A stretch of 30,022 nucleotides of DNA, taken from the NCBI GenBank assembly GCA_034669905.1, contig JAXMOL010000073.1:1-30022 (forward strand), written 5' to 3'. Positions within the stretch are counted from its first letter, which is position 1. Each line of letters opens with the position of its first letter. The position numbers and the translations under genes are program-made. The DNA is from Candidatus Hydrogenedentota bacterium (lineage in GTDB: Bacteria; Hydrogenedentota; Hydrogenedentia; Hydrogenedentales; JAEUWI01). Of the stretch, positions 26,987-30,022 are shown piece after piece. The notes below the pieces were generated by a model. The model had not been told where the DNA came from and searched no databases. It was given only the letters and a program-made list of their open reading frames with translations.

Positions 26987-27059
26987 CTACACAGCCCCTC
27001 GAGTATTTTCACAGAGCGATAACAAAGGAGCAACACCCGCAATTTAAAGCGTCTACTGG

Positions 27060-27278
27060 CTTGTTCCTACGGTCCCCCGTAGGAATGCAGTTCTTGCCGC
27101 GGGTCGTAGACGCGCCGTAGGCGGGTTGGTCGCCAGCGGACAGCTGGCGGATCAGCTCGTGCCACACGAACGCTATCCCACAGGAGCGGAATGATAGGTC
27201 TTACCACGGGGGACCGTGGTAACGAGGGTGTGACCGTTAGGTAATCTTAAGGCTGCCCACCGTCTCCGGGTAACATAC
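27060..27278. repeat. REP/REPIN-like family I: full unit (27060-27226) plus linker
   Basis: Same ends. The left ~60 bp are nearly identical to 25128-25191. Confidence 0.85.
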
Positions 27279-27305
27279 ACCGCGTACCGGACTCCCTCTC
27301 AGCTC

Positions 27306-30022
27306 CTATCGGGCCAGCCGAAATCCGACATCCGGTCGGTTCACAAGAATGTCGTAGAAATAACTTTCGGAACGGCAGTCCTCCGCTGCTGAGTCGTAAC
27401 TGCCTCCACGTCGCGACGCAACGGGTTCGGGCGTTTCGAAGATGTCCTCTGAGTCGAGATTACAGAGCCTTCGGTCTATAGGTTCGCCACACCACTCTGA
27501 GACGCTTCCGTGCATGTCATAGAGACCAAAAGCGTTGGGTAAAAGTTGTCCAACCATCGGTTCGTTACCGCCGCCGTCGCGAAAGTTTCCGTAGTCACCC
27601 AATATAGAGACATCGTCTCCGTAAGAATAGGCCGTAGTTGTGCCGGCCCGGCAGCCATATTCCCACTCATTATCGCTCGGCAGCCGGAAGTGATATCCGG
27701 TGAGCGCGTTCAAAGACTCGATAAAGGCCTGGGCGCTATCCCAATGCACATTTCTCACAGGAGTGACGTAGTCCAGGTCGCTGATCTCGGAAACGCGGTT
27801 ATTGACGGCTTTCCACTGCGCCCAGGTTACTTCGAACTGGCCCAACTGAAACTGATTGTGCGCGGTTAATTCCCGCCCGGACAAATCCAGGGCGATGGTC
27901 CCGGCGGGTATGGCCACCATCGTGAGGGGAACATCCCCAGGTAACATTATCGTCTCCGTATCGCAGTCGCTGCATACGTCCACAGAAACCCGGAGCACGT
28001 CTGTGGGATCATTGGTGTTCATAAAATAGATTTCGCCCGTATAGTGTGTCCCGAATTCGCTGGCGCCGACCGTGACCTCGGCGCGGTTGCCGACAAAAGC
28101 GTCTGGCGATACAACTATTGACGGATTGTCGGACATGGCGGACCAACTGGTGTACCCCGTACCCTTATTCTCGATACGAATTGTTGTGCTCGGCACGTCG
28201 GAACTCAGGAACACTGTACTCGTGTCTGATTCGAGATCCAGCGCGCCGGTGTCCCGAACGAGCCGGAACCCCGTGAAGAATTCCTCGGCGTTTTGCGGGG
28301 CGCTCGAGCGATTTGCCGACCGACACGCGGCCGTATAGTCCAGCCAGCTACCGCCCCGCAAAACGCGTTCGGTTCCAAAAGCGGCGCCAGTCGGATCGAA
28401 ATCCGGCCCGGTTTCGTAGTAGCTCGATTCGTACCAGTCCATGCACCATTCCTCCACGTTGCCGTGGCTATCGTAGAGTCCGAAAGCGTTCGGGAGGAGT
28501 TGACCTACTGCGCTGGCATAGGGAGCATCGCTATTGTCGAACCACCAGGCATAGGCGCTCAGATCAGCGGCATTGTCGCCAAAGTAGTAGTCCGTCGTCG
28601 TGCCCGCCCGACAGGCGTACTCCCACTCCGCCTCGGTGGGCAGTCGGAACGTCACGCCAGTGATTCGGTTCAATTCCGAAATAAATTGAAGCGCGCTGTT
28701 CCAGCTAATGTAGGATGCCGGAGCATTGGGAGAATCTTGTACAAAGGACCGCCCCGACCAGGGGGTGGTTCCCATGACGGCCACCCATTGCTCCTGCGTG
28801 ACTTCCGTCTGGCCCATCTGAAACTCCCGACTGATGGTGACTTCTCGGGCTGGTGCCTCGTCGGATTCTCCGTTTGACGCCCCCATCACGAAACTGCCCC
28901 CCGGAATGTATACCATTGGCAAGGGTATATCCCCGGGCAATGTAAAGACCTCCACCGGGCCGTCACCATGTACTTGCACCTCGACCTCTTCAAAATCGGC
29001 GGGATTCTCATCATTGGTGAATACGACATAGGCGGTAGAATTCTCTTCGAAATCGGTGCCGCTAAGTGTCACCTCGGCCCGCCCGCCTGCGAAGGTATCT
29101 GGAGACACCGTGATGGAAGAATCGCTGGATACGGCAGTCCATTTCAGTCCCCCTCCGCCCACGTTCTCCAGTGCCACGGTCGTGCTGGGCGACCATCGGT
29201 CCAGATAAACAGTGCTTCGGTCCACAGACAGATCCGGCGTGCCCAGAGGGCGAACGAGCCGAAACCCATAGCGTTTGTTGTGGCGGTCCGCGTAGTCCCA
29301 AGACCGATCCTTTTCCACCTGGCATGCGGGATCGTAGCGCCTGAAACCACCCCGTATGACCCGCACACAGCCTTTGGTCACCCCAAGGGGATCTACGACC
29401 GCACCGCCATTGCCGTAGGAGAAGGCGCTAAAATAGTCTTGGCACCATTCATAGGGACCGCTGACCATATTGAAGACCGAATCTTCCTCCGGTTGGGAGT
29501 CACCCGCTTGCGGTAACAGGCTGACATACTCCCATTCCGCTTCCGTCGGCAAGCGGAACACCTTGCCCGTGAGTGAGGTCAAGCGTCTTGCGAAAGCACT
29601 CGCATCCTCCCAACTTATGTTGACCGCCGCAGCATCTGGCTCATCGGCGACATCGGAGAATCCCGACCACGGCTTTGTGCCCATTACCGAAAACCATTGG
29701 GCTTGTGTTACTTCGAATTGGCCGATCTGAAAATTATTGGTGAGGGTGACTTCGCGAATGGGGCCCTCTGGAGGAGGCAAATAACCGCCGCCGGAACGGC
29801 ATCCCATCATGAATGTACCCCCGGGAATGTCTATCATAACGAGGGGGACTTCGCCCGGTAGCTTGTAGATCAGTTCACCTTCACCTTCACCTTCACCTTC
29901 ACCTTCACCTTCACCCTCGCCCTCGCCCTCGCCCTCGCCCTCGCCCTCGCCCTCGCCCTCGCCCTCGCCTTCACCTTCACCTTCACCTACACCTTCACCT
30001 TCACCTTCTCCTTCTCCTTCAC
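27306..30022 (-). CDS. Partial (5' end outside window) protein with GE linker, three FGE-sulfatase/SUMF1-like domains and two Ig/BACON-like spacers
   Basis: Three copies of EVT..QW / FRLP(T/S)..EWEY / RGG / GFRL.R. The frame stays open upstream of ATG 29837 (GEGE-LIYKLPGEVPLV-MIDIPGG) to the window edge. Confidence 0.9.
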   Translation of the reverse strand, partial: EGEGEGEGEGVGEGEGEGEGEGEGEGEGEGEGEGEGEGEGEGEGEGEGELIYKLPGEVPLVMIDIPGGTFMMGCRSGGGYLPPPEGPIREVTLTNNFQIGQFEVTQAQWFSVMGTKPWSGFSDVADEPDAAAVNISWEDASAFARRLTSLTGKVFRLPTEAEWEYVSLLPQAGDSQPEEDSVFNMVSGPYEWCQDYFSAFSYGNGGAVVDPLGVTKGCVRVIRGGFRRYDPACQVEKDRSWDYADRHNKRYGFRLVRPLGTPDLSVDRSTVYLDRWSPSTTVALENVGGGGLKWTAVSSDSSITVSPDTFAGGRAEVTLSGTDFEENSTAYVVFTNDENPADFEEVEVQVHGDGPVEVFTLPGDIPLPMVYIPGGSFVMGASNGESDEAPAREVTISREFQMGQTEVTQEQWVAVMGTTPWSGRSFVQDSPNAPASYISWNSALQFISELNRITGVTFRLPTEAEWEYACRAGTTTDYYFGDNAADLSAYAWWFDNSDAPYASAVGQLLPNAFGLYDSHGNVEEWCMDWYESSYYETGPDFDPTGAAFGTERVLRGGSWLDYTAACRSANRSSAPQNAEEFFTGFRLVRDTGALDLESDTSTVFLSSDVPSTTIRIENKGTGYTSWSAMSDNPSIVVSPDAFVGNRAEVTVGASEFGTHYTGEIYFMNTNDPTDVLRVSVDVCSDCDTETIMLPGDVPLTMVAIPAGTIALDLSGRELTAHNQFQLGQFEVTWAQWKAVNNRVSEISDLDYVTPVRNVHWDSAQAFIESLNALTGYHFRLPSDNEWEYGCRAGTTTAYSYGDDVSILGDYGNFRDGGGNEPMVGQLLPNAFGLYDMHGSVSEWCGEPIDRRLCNLDSEDIFETPEPVASRRGGSYDSAAEDCRSESYFYDILVNRPDVGFRLAR
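29874..30022 (-). repeat. Hexanucleotide tandem repeat encoding at least 24 Gly-Glu units (one Gly-Val), truncated by the window edge
   Basis: Runs of TTCACC, CTCGCC and TTCTCC on the + strand. Confidence 0.97.

Noticed and set aside
24819..27042. Short ORFs across the repeat field (e.g. 24946-25188, 26236-26493, 26611-27042)
   Set aside because: They are translations of the palindromic repeats, with no RBS or protein-like features.
26636..27245. Integron attC sites (GTTAGGT at ~26645 and ~27236 fits GTTRRRY)
   Set aside because: No matching RYYYAAC inverse core at a suitable distance after a gene, and no integrase in the window.
25004..27278. CRISPR array
   Set aside because: Repeats occur in both orientations with irregular spacing, the intervening segments are homologous to each other, and no cas genes are present.
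27306..29873. Complete DGR in the window
   Set aside because: No reverse transcriptase and no template/variable repeat pair with adenine-specific mismatches was seen.

Overview
GC-rich bacterial chromosomal window with about 17 CDS, mostly on the + strand. Long (Gly-Glu)n linkers and a duplicated 'HSAD..N..I.L.EL.R.IQF.N..GY..EDG' C-terminal domain suggest Candidatus Hydrogenedentes; this comes from recalled family traits and was not verified. Gene order: deoC; NDP-sugar epimerase; lipoprotein; ~2070-aa surface protein (two beta-propellers, five DUF5011-like repeats, GE linkers, Cys+TM+basic tail); RsbW/STAS pair; UDP-glucose dehydrogenase homologue with a degenerate active site; SLC13 transporter, double hot-dog protein and acyl-CoA ligase; CgeB-like glycosyltransferase; secreted trypsin-like protease; unknown secreted protein (- strand); NHL protein; and a partial triple FGE-sulfatase-domain protein (- strand). 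Three things stand out. (1) A 2.3-kb intergenic field (25.0-27.3 kb) of multi-hairpin repeat units with compensatory base changes and a fixed-length 38-nt hypervariable core, enclosing a low-GC orphan gene and a second inverted element. (2) The apparently catalytically dead UDPGDH. (3) Two candidate C-terminal surface-targeting modules. No rRNA, tRNA, CRISPR-cas, transposase, integrase or reverse transcriptase was recognised.
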